A program made the translations under genes and the position numbers. The notes below the pieces were generated by a model that did not search any database, had not been told where the DNA came from, and saw only the letters and a program-made list of their open reading frames with translations. This document shows positions 37,541-49,500 of a stretch of 64,000 bases of DNA, piece by piece; positions within the stretch are counted from its first letter, which is position 1; every line of letters starts with the position of its first letter. The DNA is from a virus. Location: positions 64,001-128,000 of IMG/VR virus record IMGVR_UViG_3300025009_000054. The stretch is one strand, 5' to 3'.

Positions 37541-37762
37541 TCTGTGCTTAAGTTTGTGACGATTGTATATTTAAATACCAACTGACTCCGATGGCACTTC
37601 AGATTGCTGTAGTAGTTCGCAGTAAAGAGGAGTAAGCGCGGTCCGGAATCATTCTATCTATATCAATAAGATTTAACTCAGATATCTAATACTCATCACT
37701 TTATTTGATATATTGTCTTTCGACAGGCACATTTCCCAATAAGAACGGGACCGATAAAAGAT

Positions 37763-38251
37763 TTAATCTGAACACAAAATGGGGCTTGCTAAGATCATCT
37801 TCGCAACTTTCTCAGATTTCATCATGATATCTCGTATATCTTCAACTGCTGATTCACACGTACTAGCATTAATAATCTCTATTCCACTATGTATTGCGAC
37901 CGGTATAAATGATCTGTTGATGGCAGATATAGACATTTTAAAAGTACCAAAGTTATGTCCATCTCTCCAATCCCACTCAGTAAGCCCACCGACGGCACCA
38001 CAAATATGCATGAATGGTCTATGTAATTCTACTATTACATGTTCCAATAGATGTGGGACCATACCACATGACAATTCTTCAATTACAAGTAAATTATCAT
38101 CATTAATACACCTGTGTCCGCCAATATTTGGGATGGCGGACACAATATTACTTATCATTCCACAGTAATAGGATACATTCAACGGTGGATCCATAATAAC
38201 ATCAAACATAAAATCATTATTGTATTTTGATATCGGTCCTATTACTATCAT
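37763..38251 (-). CDS. stand-alone cyanophycin synthetase N-terminal-like metallohydrolase domain
   Basis: P....HRC-x18-HLLEHV..EL......G.TE; compare the CphA1 N-domain Cx19HxxEH motif. Confidence 0.7.
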   Translation of the reverse strand: MIVIGPISKYNNDFMFDVIMDPPLNVSYYCGMISNIVSAIPNIGGHRCINDDNLLVIEELSCGMVPHLLEHVIVELHRPFMHICGAVGGLTEWDWRDGHNFGTFKMSISAINRSFIPVAIHSGIEIINASTCESAVEDIRDIMMKSEKVAKMILASPILCSD

Positions 38252-39477
38252 ATATTAATAATACCTGGAGGTCTATGGCCATCTTTCATTGATATGAGGT
38301 GTGCGTAGACATATGGTGTTTTATTCTCTATATGCCAATCACTAGGAAATCCAGTATATAACCTCATAGATTGAAATCTAACTGGTGTGTTTATGTATTT
38401 AGCTTGGTTTTTATTTGTGTAGTATAGAAATGAGTTTTCATTCCAAAAAGAACAATGCGTAGGGTCTTGAAATGCACCTCTACCATCTGTTGATGGTGTC
38501 ATTGATAGAAGATAGCCACCTGGTACTAATACTCTATATATCTCCTCCATAGTAAATATAGGATCTTTTAAGTGTTCAAATATGTCGTGGGCTCTTATAA
38601 CTCCAACTGAATTATCTTCAAATGGCCATTTAGTATTAAGATCGGCAATGGTATCGGCACCTTCGAGATCAACACTATTCCATCCATTTGGGCAATCAAA
38701 CCTTCCACCAAGGTCTAGTTTTAACAATCCGTGACTATTAGACCACTGTTCACATAGACTGTAGATATATTTATCATAGATTCGCATGACATTATTTTGT
38801 ATTTCGCTATTATTTTGTAGCCATACATTGTCGCCATGAATTCTATACAAATATAGACATTTATCTATATGGTAGAACATAGTTGCAGAATAGGTTCTTG
38901 ACATGAGCTCTTGATCATCTAGAACTCTCATATCAGAATTATGCCCACCGACCGCCCAATAAATATCTGATCTCCAAGCGCGTAAATGATTGGGTGCAAA
39001 CCATATTCTACTAACTGATGATGGAGTTGCATCAAAGGCCACCACTTCATCAACTATATGGCCTTTAAAGTACGTATCGTTACGGTATCGCCATCCATAT
39101 TCCTCGCTATACCTATCTACGCTTTTGATATTTCCTTGAAAATTTGCACAATTTGAATACACAAACCCTACATTACTATCACGTTCAAATGCAAGTATAA
39201 CTTCAGATATTGCATTAGGCATTAGTAAGTCATCATGGTCAACTTCTAATAATATATCTCCAGAACAATATTCACAAGCTGTGTGCTTTAGTGCACCGAC
39301 ATATGGAATATGATTATTAATGATGATAGGTTTGATTCTATCATCATTAAAATCTATCACCTTCGCTCCACCATTATAAAGAATTACCCACTCATAAAAT
39401 GGTTGATCTTTAATACTATCATACAATTGACACAAATATCTAGTGTCATGAGTTGGCGTAAAAATTGATACTTTCAT
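38248..39477 (-). CDS. GT2 glycosyltransferase - class I methyltransferase fusion
   Basis: VSIFTPTH, EVDHDD, LYLYRIHGDN; LDLGG, WPFEDNS, FEH, RVLVPGG, QDPTH. Confidence 0.9.
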   Translation of the reverse strand: MKVSIFTPTHDTRYLCQLYDSIKDQPFYEWVILYNGGAKVIDFNDDRIKPIIINNHIPYVGALKHTACEYCSGDILLEVDHDDLLMPNAISEVILAFERDSNVGFVYSNCANFQGNIKSVDRYSEEYGWRYRNDTYFKGHIVDEVVAFDATPSSVSRIWFAPNHLRAWRSDIYWAVGGHNSDMRVLDDQELMSRTYSATMFYHIDKCLYLYRIHGDNVWLQNNSEIQNNVMRIYDKYIYSLCEQWSNSHGLLKLDLGGRFDCPNGWNSVDLEGADTIADLNTKWPFEDNSVGVIRAHDIFEHLKDPIFTMEEIYRVLVPGGYLLSMTPSTDGRGAFQDPTHCSFWNENSFLYYTNKNQAKYINTPVRFQSMRLYTGFPSDWHIENKTPYVYAHLISMKDGHRPPGIINI

Positions 39478-39531
39478 AAAATCCTCCGATAGGATTATAA
39501 GATCTCAAATAGCAGTAAGCCAATTGAATAA

Positions 39532-39786
39532 CTACTCCGCTATTGTCTGGAATTCTTCACAAGCATGTATACATGCTTGTTCAACTTCTTCTTCAGTTAG
39601 ATAATTACCAGCAGGTATCACTATATCATATTCTCTAATTGGTTGATGATTGCCTATAGCAGTTTCATCTGCATATCCATTAAGATGCACATTGAGCGTA
39701 TTACTGATAAAGTCAGGCGTTATTAACCCTATTTTCCATACAGTAGCGTCTATTCCAAAGTTTGTTGCAAGTGTTTTTTGTATCAT
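39532..39786 (-). CDS. small tail-fibre-associated protein
   Basis: Follows the fibre genes; 84 aa. Confidence 0.55.
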   Translation of the reverse strand: MIQKTLATNFGIDATVWKIGLITPDFISNTLNVHLNGYADETAIGNHQPIREYDIVIPAGNYLTEEEVEQACIHACEEFQTIAE

Positions 39787-39798
39787 AATTATTGTCCT

Positions 39799-40485
39799 TT
39801 ATATTAGATATGCTTGAACTGTTGGCGTTGCGGCTGAACCTGCCGCGTTAAAAGCAACTGTATAACTGTAAGTATAATAACCAATATTATTGCCATAGTT
39901 AATTACCTCATTTTTTACACCAGTTGCACCCGCCGCCGCTTGAACCTCATAATTAGTGGTTAAAGCGCGTCCTAAAATAGCCGCAGTACCGAGTAAAGTC
40001 TCACCTGCTGGCACTGAGTCTATTGTCCAAGCGCCAAGTCCTTGTACAAAAGTAAACGCAGTTAATACTAAACTATCTGCTGTAATTGCAGTTAAAGAAG
40101 GTGCTGGAACTGTTTGTGGTGAAGTCGCCGCCCATATGCTTTGTCCTGCATCTTTAATAAATGCTGGTTCACCTGTATTTTTACGGAATGCACCAAGCAC
40201 ACCTATCAGAACCCCAGTTGGTAGCCCAGTCCATGTATAGGATGTTGGTTCACTAGCCCCCGCTAACTTCCAGTAAACTCTAAAATAATTAGAATTTGTT
40301 GTATTAGCCTCTACATTCTGCCAACCTGTCATATTCATTGCATCTAATACAGCCGTAGCAGACGCATTTAAAAATAACACCATTAAGTCACCTTGTATTG
40401 TATTGGTTGGTTTTGAAATACTATAACTAGTGACTGTTGGTGGGGCTTTTAAGCCCGTTGTTGCAGTTCTTATTGTCCAAGACAT
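39799..40485 (-). CDS. virion/tail-fibre accessory protein
   Basis: Thr/Ala-rich beta protein; GDLMVL...GW...VYWKLAGASEPTSYTW. Confidence 0.6.
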   Translation of the reverse strand: MSWTIRTATTGLKAPPTVTSYSISKPTNTIQGDLMVLFLNASATAVLDAMNMTGWQNVEANTTNSNYFRVYWKLAGASEPTSYTWTGLPTGVLIGVLGAFRKNTGEPAFIKDAGQSIWAATSPQTVPAPSLTAITADSLVLTAFTFVQGLGAWTIDSVPAGETLLGTAAILGRALTTNYEVQAAAGATGVKNEVINYGNNIGYYTYSYTVAFNAAGSAATPTVQAYLI

Positions 40486-40497
40486 AATATTTTATCC

Positions 40498-41850
40498 TTA
40501 ACTAATTATCATAATAAGTCCTACCACTACACTTGTAACTGTAGACGAACTATCAACAATAAATTCAAGCACATCCCCTGCCGATACAGCGATTGATAAC
40601 CCAGTTGCTTCATTTTTTTGTGCAGTAGACAATGTAGGTTTACCACTTGCAAATAATGTGGCATTTGTCGGATAACCAGCATACGTCGAAGCGTGAACAT
40701 CCACAACTATACTTCCGCTTTGATCTGCAAATATAGTCCAACCAGTAATAGTACCAGCATAAGGTATACTAATAAAACCCTTACTACCTGTGGTAATTGC
40801 TACACCACCGCCATTAATAACATATGGAACACCTCTAATTTGCATATTATCAGTCGGCGTGTAGGTTGTTCCGTCAGTACCAGCGACGCCTTGTATTCCC
40901 TGTTCTCCTTGTATACCTTGAATACCCTGTTCTCCTTGAATACCCTGTTCTCCTTGTGGTCCTTGTGGTGCTGAGAATTCTAACCAATTAGTAGGGTCTT
41001 CTTTAGGTGCATTGATATCTTCGTTTATTATATTCTGACAAAAGTATATACTATTAATGCCAGTAAAGTCAGATGATTCCGCCAATACATAATCACCAAC
41101 AACATATGAATCACCGTATACCCATTCACCTTTATATATAAGCGATTCTCCATCTACGCCTTGTATGCCCTGCTCACCTTGTATACCCTGTATACCAGTA
41201 TCGCCTTTCGCACCTCTCGGTGCGCTAAATTCTAACCAATTTGTAGAGTCTTCTTTCGGTGCAACAATATCGTTAATTAAAATATCTTGGCAAAAGTATA
41301 TTGAATTATAACCAAGAGCGGTAGAAGATTCGGCAATTACATAATCACCAGAATCATAGTCACTGCCTGATAGCCATTCACCTTTATATATGAGTGATTG
41401 CCCATCTGCTCCAGCCGCTCCAGCCGCTCCAGGTTCACCAGGTACTCCAGCCGCTCCAGGCTCCCCAGGTACTCCAGGTACTCCAGCCGCTCCTTGTGAC
41501 AATGGTACCAAGTAAATAGAATCACCAATAATTAGTGTGTTACCTGTTGGTATAGAGATATTATTACAAATACAATATCTATCACTTCCATTCGCAACAG
41601 CAACATACACTACGACAGAATCAGTATCTAGATTAACAATTTTTACATCCTTAATCATTCTAACTGTACCAGCCACAGGTGTTGTTGCTGCAACCACTTC
41701 TGTTGCATTATTCAATGTGCCATAAATACTGCCAGGTGTAAACCCACTTGCATTATTATCACCATATGTTGTTGAAAATTGGGGTTGATTTTCTGACACA
41801 TTACCACCCAATTTTATCACTAATGTATTGCCATGAATTAAATTAATCAA
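40498..41850 (-). CDS. collagen-like fibre protein with duplicated ~60-aa module
   Basis: G-X-Y runs alternate with two copies of SLIYKGEW..G..Y..GDYV.AESS...NSIYFCQ...NWLEFSAP. Confidence 0.8.
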   Translation of the reverse strand: MINLIHGNTLVIKLGGNVSENQPQFSTTYGDNNASGFTPGSIYGTLNNATEVVAATTPVAGTVRMIKDVKIVNLDTDSVVVYVAVANGSDRYCICNNISIPTGNTLIIGDSIYLVPLSQGAAGVPGVPGEPGAAGVPGEPGAAGAAGADGQSLIYKGEWLSGSDYDSGDYVIAESSTALGYNSIYFCQDILINDIVAPKEDSTNWLEFSAPRGAKGDTGIQGIQGEQGIQGVDGESLIYKGEWVYGDSYVVGDYVLAESSDFTGINSIYFCQNIINEDINAPKEDPTNWLEFSAPQGPQGEQGIQGEQGIQGIQGEQGIQGVAGTDGTTYTPTDNMQIRGVPYVINGGGVAITTGSKGFISIPYAGTITGWTIFADQSGSIVVDVHASTYAGYPTNATLFASGKPTLSTAQKNEATGLSIAVSAGDVLEFIVDSSSTVTSVVVGLIMIIS

Positions 41851-41880
41851 TGTATTATCCTAATCTAATTTTCTATATGG

Positions 41881-43725
41881 TTATAAAAACCACGCAAGAG
41901 CAGATATGCCATTTGTAATGCCCTGTGTACCTTGATACCCTTGATATCCTTGTACCCCTTGATATCCTTGCACACCACGCAATCCCTGATAGCCCTGATT
42001 ACCTTGTACACCCTGGTAGCCCTGATTACCTTGTACACCCTGGTAGCCCTGATTACCAGTTTCTCCCTGCTGACCAATAACACCTTGGTCACCCTGTACA
42101 CCTTGGTCACCCTGTACACCTTGGGGGCCATTAGGCTCACCCTGCGGACCCTGTATTGAATCACCCTGAAATCCCTGATCACCTTGTGTTCCCTGATCAC
42201 CTTGTGTTCCCTGAAATCCCTGATCACCTTGTGTGCCCTGAAATCCCTGATCACCTTGTAGTCCAACATACCCCTGGTCGCCTTGTGCACCCTGGTCGCC
42301 TTGTGCACCCTGGTCGCCTTGATCACCTTGTGCACCTTGGGGGCCATTAGGCTCACCCTGCGGACCCTGAGGTCCAATCCCACCAAAGTCTCCTTGTACG
42401 CCCTGGCTACCTTGTACGCCCTGGCTACCTTGGTATCCATTATTACCTTGTACACCCTGTACACCTTGATTGCCCTGTACACCTTGATCACCCTGAAATC
42501 CCTGAAATCCCTGATCACCCTGAAATCCCTGATCACCCTGAAATCCCTGAGGACCACCAGGATCACCTTGTAAACCCTGAGGACCACCAGGATCACCTTG
42601 TAAACCCTGAGGACCTTGAGGACCATCGATGCCTTGATACCCCTGGTCACCATTTATACCTTGGGGTCCACTTGTCCCTTGTGGACCCTGGACACCATCG
42701 TTTCCTTGTGGACCCTGGACACCATCATTTCCTTGAACTCCAATACTACCCTGTACACCCTGTGGACCACCGTACGCACCCTGGTATCCCTGAAGTCCAC
42801 GTACACCCTGGTATCCCTGTGCACCTTGATATCCCTGGTACCCTTGGTATCCACGCACACCTTGTGTACCCTGTGTACCTTGTGTACCCTGTGTACCTTG
42901 TTCGCCTTGTCCACCACGAAGTCCTATGCCAGTATCACCCTGAGCACCCTGAGGACCTTGTATTCCCTGTGGAGTGGCATTTTTAAATAATTTCAGTGTA
43001 CCATCATATACAAGTGATTGACCATTTGTAGGCGTGGTCACCTGAATTCCAGCTAACGTAGTGATATTGATAGACTTGGGAACAATCTTGTCAGTTGTAA
43101 TAGTATTAGCAGCAATCTTAGATCCAGTAACTGTCAAATCTGATAGATGCCATCCATATACTGAACCAGGTGGATGGTCAATAATCGATTTTCGTCTATG
43201 TGATACCATACCACGCGTATAATTAATATTGGGAACTGAATCCTCAACACTATTAAACGCTACCATATTTGATGTCGCTACAGCTTTTGCTAGTAATACA
43301 CACCCAGGCACAACATTGCCGGTATTATTTGTATATCCTAACCAATCCCCATTAGTAGTAGAAGATTGTGTAGAACTCTCAACTATCTTGGCATATAGAT
43401 ACGTAGTGGTACTTAATGGTATTTCCCATCCGTCTCTTTCTACAGAATTATATATGTATACACCATCAGCTATAGCATCTAGCGATTGTATACGTATTTT
43501 CATCGCGGTACCATCACTATTGCCACCAAAATATAAATTACCCATGGCGATGATAGCACTGGAGCTAGATGTAAAATTACACATACTCCTTATCGATAGA
43601 GATAAGTGCGAGTCTATAATTTTCGATATTCTTTGTTCTTCAGACTCACTACTAAGGTCACCATTAGACCAAATTGGAATTTTTAGTTTTAATGTTTTAT
43701 TACTATATGACATTATGGACCACAC
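41881..43725 (-). CDS. collagen-like tail fibre protein
   Basis: About 350 aa of G-X-Q triplets after an N-terminal attachment region. Confidence 0.85.
   Translation of the reverse strand: MWSIMSYSNKTLKLKIPIWSNGDLSSESEEQRISKIIDSHLSLSIRSMCNFTSSSSAIIAMGNLYFGGNSDGTAMKIRIQSLDAIADGVYIYNSVERDGWEIPLSTTTYLYAKIVESSTQSSTTNGDWLGYTNNTGNVVPGCVLLAKAVATSNMVAFNSVEDSVPNINYTRGMVSHRRKSIIDHPPGSVYGWHLSDLTVTGSKIAANTITTDKIVPKSINITTLAGIQVTTPTNGQSLVYDGTLKLFKNATPQGIQGPQGAQGDTGIGLRGGQGEQGTQGTQGTQGTQGVRGYQGYQGYQGAQGYQGVRGLQGYQGAYGGPQGVQGSIGVQGNDGVQGPQGNDGVQGPQGTSGPQGINGDQGYQGIDGPQGPQGLQGDPGGPQGLQGDPGGPQGFQGDQGFQGDQGFQGFQGDQGVQGNQGVQGVQGNNGYQGSQGVQGSQGVQGDFGGIGPQGPQGEPNGPQGAQGDQGDQGAQGDQGAQGDQGYVGLQGDQGFQGTQGDQGFQGTQGDQGTQGDQGFQGDSIQGPQGEPNGPQGVQGDQGVQGDQGVIGQQGETGNQGYQGVQGNQGYQGVQGNQGYQGLRGVQGYQGVQGYQGYQGTQGITNGISALAWFL
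41921..42970. repeat. 9-bp-period coding repeat (G-X-Q), with duplicated blocks
   Basis: Recurrent ccttg/ccctg; 36-bp block duplicated at ~42118 and ~42334. Confidence 0.9.
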
Positions 43726-43961
43726 ACCTCTCCACTATTGCCACAGATCGCTATGCCACAGATCGCTATGCCAGTACCGGTACCAGGCAATATATCCACT
43801 GGGATTGGTACAAAAAATAATTGTGAATTGATAGCCGTAATATCATCATTATGAGATTGACTAATACTAGTAGTAGAATCAGTATCAAGCGACACGGATT
43901 TATTTACGATATCTATCATACTATCTATGCGTCTTTTTTCATATATTTTAAAGATACGCAT
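43713..43961 (-). CDS. small tail-region protein
   Basis: 82 aa; paralog of 43967-44131. Confidence 0.65.
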   Translation of the reverse strand: MRIFKIYEKRRIDSMIDIVNKSVSLDTDSTTSISQSHNDDITAINSQLFFVPIPVDILPGTGTGIAICGIAICGNSGEVCGP

Positions 43962-43966
43962 GAAGA

Positions 43967-44131
43967 TTAGCTACTTCCCTTAAAATATGTCTGAGAATTC
44001 GCAGCGGTCATTTTTTTGCCATATGTACGGTTTATGGTGGTACATAGGTCAGTACGATGCCCAATAGTACCGTTAATAACCTCATTAGCCTGTTTACTAT
44101 ATTTTTTCTCATAAATCTTATACTGTCTCAT
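43967..44131 (-). CDS. 54-aa microprotein (not in track)
   Basis: MRQYKIYEKKYSKQANEVINGTIGHRTDLCTTINRTYGKKMTAANSQTYFKGSS after GGAG; aligns ungapped to the next ORF. Confidence 0.7.
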   Translation of the reverse strand: MRQYKIYEKKYSKQANEVINGTIGHRTDLCTTINRTYGKKMTAANSQTYFKGSS

Positions 44132-44140
44132 GTCGCACTC

Positions 44141-46552
44141 CTAATATATGGGATCATACGAATATATGGGGTCAACCCATTCGCCATCAATACTGTGCGT
44201 ATATTCTTTAGATTCAGCATTAGATAAATCGTACGATATGCTAATGATGCGGAATCTAGGATCACTAATTACACTTCCTATACCATCATATGCACCATTA
44301 GTAATTGGTGTATCTATGCGGGCAATGTAATACGGAAAGTACACACCGCCAATTATGGAGAGTCCAGTCATAGGTCTTGGCCTAGTGGCACGCGAGAAGA
44401 TATTGTGTGCTATATTACTAGTAATCTCTGGTGATATAAATTGCACATTTTTCATTATGTGCCACCTATACCACGGCATATAATTAGATACTGATGCATC
44501 CGATAAATTCGCCTTCACTATAGACATAATAGGAGTGATGTGCTGGAAATCCAATCCTTGTACCATTATTGCATTTTTAACAAAACTGGTTGGATATTTT
44601 ACCGTTATTGATTTAAGTAGCTCAGTATAATCAGTAACGGCATCCTCAGTTAGTGTACAATCGTACGCATTTGAATTTGTATTATCCCTATATAGCGGAT
44701 TAGTATCATCCTCAGGTGACTGATATATGAGATTGCCCCAATTATTTATAAACATCCATGACATGCTCCATGTGCGGATTTGTTGCATGCAATCATAAAT
44801 AGGAACTGAGTCTTCAAATTTGTACATTGGGTTATCAGTCCACGACATACTCGGAAGTATTTTATGATTACATTTCCCAATAGAGCATAATGAGTCAACT
44901 ACGCCGTAGTGATCGCGTATCGTAGCATACTGACCAGTTACCTGGTCTTGCCATGCTAATAAGCCTGGTGCTAAATCTGATGGATCATCTTGGCACCCAG
45001 CATGATATCCAAGTTGCAATATAGCCCACAACTCGCATGTTCCATCGAGTGGTGGTATAGCTATAGCTGGTGTGTCACGCAGTATCGCCGCAGCATCAAG
45101 TAATTGCCAAGAAACATCGGCAGTAGAGTCATTATGTGTATATTCTGGCTCCCAAATCCAACCAGTATAGATACGCACAGTGTCATATCCTGCATATTCG
45201 CCGGTATCTTCATCAACAAAATGCCATCCAGCGTCTACATATATACGCTTTGCACCAGATAGTCCAGTAAATTTACCATCAGGGTTTTGATTACTAAATG
45301 TTATTGTACCATTATATCCTTCGGTATCAGCCCTAATATTTAGACTTGTAACATCAGCGCCACTAAGTGATGGAAGCTCTGGCCATTCTATATCAATAAA
45401 TTCAGGACCTTTATGTAGGTTTACTCCCCAAAACACCGGACTATATATACCAGATGTTGACATGCCCATATCCACTTGATAGTATACACAGGTTTTATCT
45501 CCAACCATCGCATTTGTACCACTAGCTGAAAAAGTACCATCGCAATTAGATGAGTACACACCCCAGTCTGCATTCATATCAAAGTCTGATTGAGAAAAGT
45601 CATGTGGTATATATGGTGATAAGATTTGTCCACCAGTAACAAATCTTATAGGTAATAGTGCTATCATGGCGTCAGTGTTATACAGTTCAATTATCAATTT
45701 ATATGGTACGCTACTATTGATAGCTGGATAATCTAATCCGTCCTCAATAGCGGGGTACATATTATTTGTATTCCAATTATAATCAGTGCACTTATGGAAC
45801 CACGTCGATTCCCTACTATGATCAAGACCATTTGATATCTCTATAGTATCCCATAGCGTACGAACCACTAATGTGTCGGTAATACCAACATTAAACATAT
45901 CGGATGGACCAACACTGACTTGATCGTATATACCAGTATCTCCATTAAACTGGAATAATGACGGTGCCTTTGTTTGGTATAATCCAATGCACCATTCGGA
46001 TACTCCTCCGAAATATACATACACTACTGTGTTATCGGGATCTACACCACGCTGTGGCACAAATCTTTTAATCGACAATGCAAACCATTCACCCTCTTGA
46101 ATAGTATAATCTGTGGATATATACCTATATCTATTACTGGATAGGGCATCATCATTAGTATCAGACGATATTATATGAGCGAATTGTGCACCATCACCAA
46201 TAACACTTTTCCACGTACCATCACCATCCCATATAACAGTATCATCAGCATCAGCATTTGATGGTAAATCTATACCGCTAAATGTGTTGTCATATCCGTG
46301 TATATACGATCTGAGATGCATACCACCAGTAATCGGATCATACTCAAAATCGCGTGTCATGTCTTTGTCGTTACAACTATCAAAGTATGCATTGTCATAC
46401 GACACAAAGAAGCCACCATCATCGCGACCTATAGATAGGCCATTCCATATGGATCCGGCAGCATCGTGCCTACTCATACCATTTCGGATGCATGCCTGTG
46501 CTGGATTAGCCCAACCGACATCAACGCATGGAAGAGAACGTACTATACTCAT
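44141..46552 (-). CDS. putative tail tip/hub protein
   Basis: 803 aa, acidic and beta-rich; MFINNWGNLIY hub-like segment; position after tape measure. Confidence 0.6.
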   Translation of the reverse strand: MSIVRSLPCVDVGWANPAQACIRNGMSRHDAAGSIWNGLSIGRDDGGFFVSYDNAYFDSCNDKDMTRDFEYDPITGGMHLRSYIHGYDNTFSGIDLPSNADADDTVIWDGDGTWKSVIGDGAQFAHIISSDTNDDALSSNRYRYISTDYTIQEGEWFALSIKRFVPQRGVDPDNTVVYVYFGGVSEWCIGLYQTKAPSLFQFNGDTGIYDQVSVGPSDMFNVGITDTLVVRTLWDTIEISNGLDHSRESTWFHKCTDYNWNTNNMYPAIEDGLDYPAINSSVPYKLIIELYNTDAMIALLPIRFVTGGQILSPYIPHDFSQSDFDMNADWGVYSSNCDGTFSASGTNAMVGDKTCVYYQVDMGMSTSGIYSPVFWGVNLHKGPEFIDIEWPELPSLSGADVTSLNIRADTEGYNGTITFSNQNPDGKFTGLSGAKRIYVDAGWHFVDEDTGEYAGYDTVRIYTGWIWEPEYTHNDSTADVSWQLLDAAAILRDTPAIAIPPLDGTCELWAILQLGYHAGCQDDPSDLAPGLLAWQDQVTGQYATIRDHYGVVDSLCSIGKCNHKILPSMSWTDNPMYKFEDSVPIYDCMQQIRTWSMSWMFINNWGNLIYQSPEDDTNPLYRDNTNSNAYDCTLTEDAVTDYTELLKSITVKYPTSFVKNAIMVQGLDFQHITPIMSIVKANLSDASVSNYMPWYRWHIMKNVQFISPEITSNIAHNIFSRATRPRPMTGLSIIGGVYFPYYIARIDTPITNGAYDGIGSVISDPRFRIISISYDLSNAESKEYTHSIDGEWVDPIYSYDPIY

Positions 46553-46555
46553 ATC

Positions 46556-49500
46556 TTATGTACTCCATGAACTACCATTAGTGGAAATGCTAACGTGTGG
46601 AATTCCTTTATCATCATAGTAGGCAACAGATATTGTATTTGATGGTAATATCTGTATAGAAGGTGAGTGCATCATGGTTGGAGTGTGAACTTTACTATTA
46701 ATATTTACACCATATTCACTACGTGGCATATCCACGTACCATACCGTATTATCACTTCTAATAACATCAGCAATATGTATCGATCCACTATTAGTATCGA
46801 CGGCAATATCAGGTGCAAGATCTGTTGTGCCAATTAGTACAGGTGTACTCCACGTAACACCACAGTCAGTACTGATAATTTTGTATAAATCGTGTGGAGC
46901 TTTATTTACAACTTTTGCATATACAGCAATTATGACATTTTCTTTAGAATTATACCATAGTGATGGTTTATGTTTAGGTATATCACCACTCACTAAGGTT
47001 AGGTTATCAATACCATTGGCCATATTGTGATCAGAAATAGAAATGGTGCCCCAATACAGTTGATAAGTACTCTTACTGTATAGCATTAGCCCAATCTTAG
47101 CTCGATCAGGTATATATACTGCACTAACACTATCGTACCCTTCGCACAATACCTTCTTATTAGTATTACGCCAAGTTGTTATGTTGTGGGAAGTATTATA
47201 TGAATATATCACTTCTCTGGTATCATAGTCTACGTATATTAGGCATTTACCGTTAGACCTATCAATCATAATATTTGGGGATATATACCTACTAGTATCA
47301 GCTATGGTTGTATCTTCCTCTATTTTATCATGATCATCAATAATACATACAGATAGTCCGTCATCTTGATTGATGTAATATAACTCATTACGTCCATTAA
47401 TCCTAACATGATCAATAGACATTCCTGACAATCTAGGTCTAAAGTTAATAACCATCCTAGTATTGTGCCTATCGAAGTGAGCTAATGGTTGTACAATTCT
47501 ACCATTACAGCTAATGCCATATGCTGCTGGTATCCTATCAAATTCATACTGCCCAGAGTTAAACGTTTCAGTATTACCAACACTACTACTATAATGTACT
47601 CCTGAGTAGTATGTGAGGGATTCACTAGTGTCTGGATTATATAGTCCCATATTCGGATCGTATAGAAAATCGTCAAATGCATCATCTGGGTACACTGGAA
47701 TAAAGAAGTTACTCCAATTATCTACTGATATACCACTGATACTCTCAACAAACAATCCGCTACTAAATGATGGTGTAAGTACGCTTCCATCATCCATGTT
47801 TACGCCATTGTCGTATGCGTGCCCATATATCTTACCCTGTGCAACGCGTGTGAAGTAGAACTTTAATACCCCACCTGTAGATATGCCATCACCATATAAT
47901 GCATGGGCAGTTGCCGATGAGTATTTTGGTCTTACATACACACTCATACTTGTATCTATGGAAGCATCATGTGGCCCCATGCACATTTCAACCGGTGCAA
48001 TATAGTTTGCGTTATCATATGAGATTGGATAACTATCATAGTAACTACCTAAAGCTTCTTCAGGATACGATCCATTTGATGGGTTAATATCAAATGACGA
48101 TATTGGTAGTGTTGTTATGTTTTCAATACTACGTATATCATAATCATCAAAGGTTACTATGCCACTATATGGTATATAATATGAAACGGGATCATAATTA
48201 ATGCCATCGCCATAGTCATTTCGATCAAGATATGTAATCGCGTACACACCAGATGTATCGGGTATATATGTATGAAAATCCCACCAATTTCTACCATCAA
48301 CACAGACTGATATTGTAGGCATTGGCACCACGTCTCTACTACCGATAATATATTTATTAATATCAAAATCATCAAATTCTGTGGATATCGGATATGCCAC
48401 ACCGCTGACATCCACAGGTGCATTATTGTAATTATCGTTGTAATGGTATACACCGGACGAATCGATATTACTACAACCAGCAATGACGACATTATTATTC
48501 GACACGGTACTACCAGTACCATTAACGTACTTACTAATATCACCAGTAGATTTAGCCACCATTGACTTAAAAGTATATTCCATGCCTGGGATGAGCCCAT
48601 CGAAGAATATGCCGCTTATATGTCCAATACCCCACGACCATCGTAGGTAATCACCAGGCCAATTCTGATCATGCAGATTATTTGATACTGGAGCATCTTC
48701 CACATATCTATTTAAAGGTCTAATTTGCTCAATCAATGATGTTATATAGTCAATATCATCTGGAGGATTTGATGGCATATACGTATCTATATTAATACCA
48801 CTACCACTAAATTCTAGATACCATGCCTTTGGTGTGTCTCCAGTACATAGTACTGGAGCATGCGCTTCATATATTGTACCACCACCATCAACTGGAAAAT
48901 TATACACATCGCCATTTATCGATGAGTAATATGTATAATATGGGTGATATTCTGTTGAATTAACCCATTTCATTTTCTCTTTATTATCAACTAGTGGTGG
49001 CCATTTATATTTTAATCCAACATCAGTAGTTGATAACACACATGACGCCCCATCAGTAGCATCAACATCTAACTGCCACCATCTATGTGGTGGCATATAT
49101 GTGGGGTCGAAAGTTCTATGTATTGACCCATGTGGACCAACATCATGCACATACAGACCACTACTTGTATAATCAACTACACAGTCAACACCTGACCATC
49201 CAGTTGAGAAATCTTCGATTGTAATATCACTAGTATCAACTTCGAGGTCGTACATGTGGAATGATTTAGGATACGATAGAAGTACGTCCTTATTTGACGG
49301 CATGTTATCAAATTGTTCAGGATTTAGAAGTTTTAATCCGTACGTATGTTTCCCTAGTGGTTCATAAACACCATTTTTTAACACACACCACCCTGGCTTA
49401 TGTTCCCAACTATAGTCAACTTGATCAACATCGTTAGGGAATACACCATCATATCTGTATGTATCATCATCTTCACGATATACTAAGAATCCTGGTGTTA

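Noticed and set aside
41865-42990. Repetitive alternative-frame ORFs (RVYKV...) and a CRISPR-like appearance
   Set aside because: By-products of the 9-bp collagen repeat; no repeat-unique spacer structure
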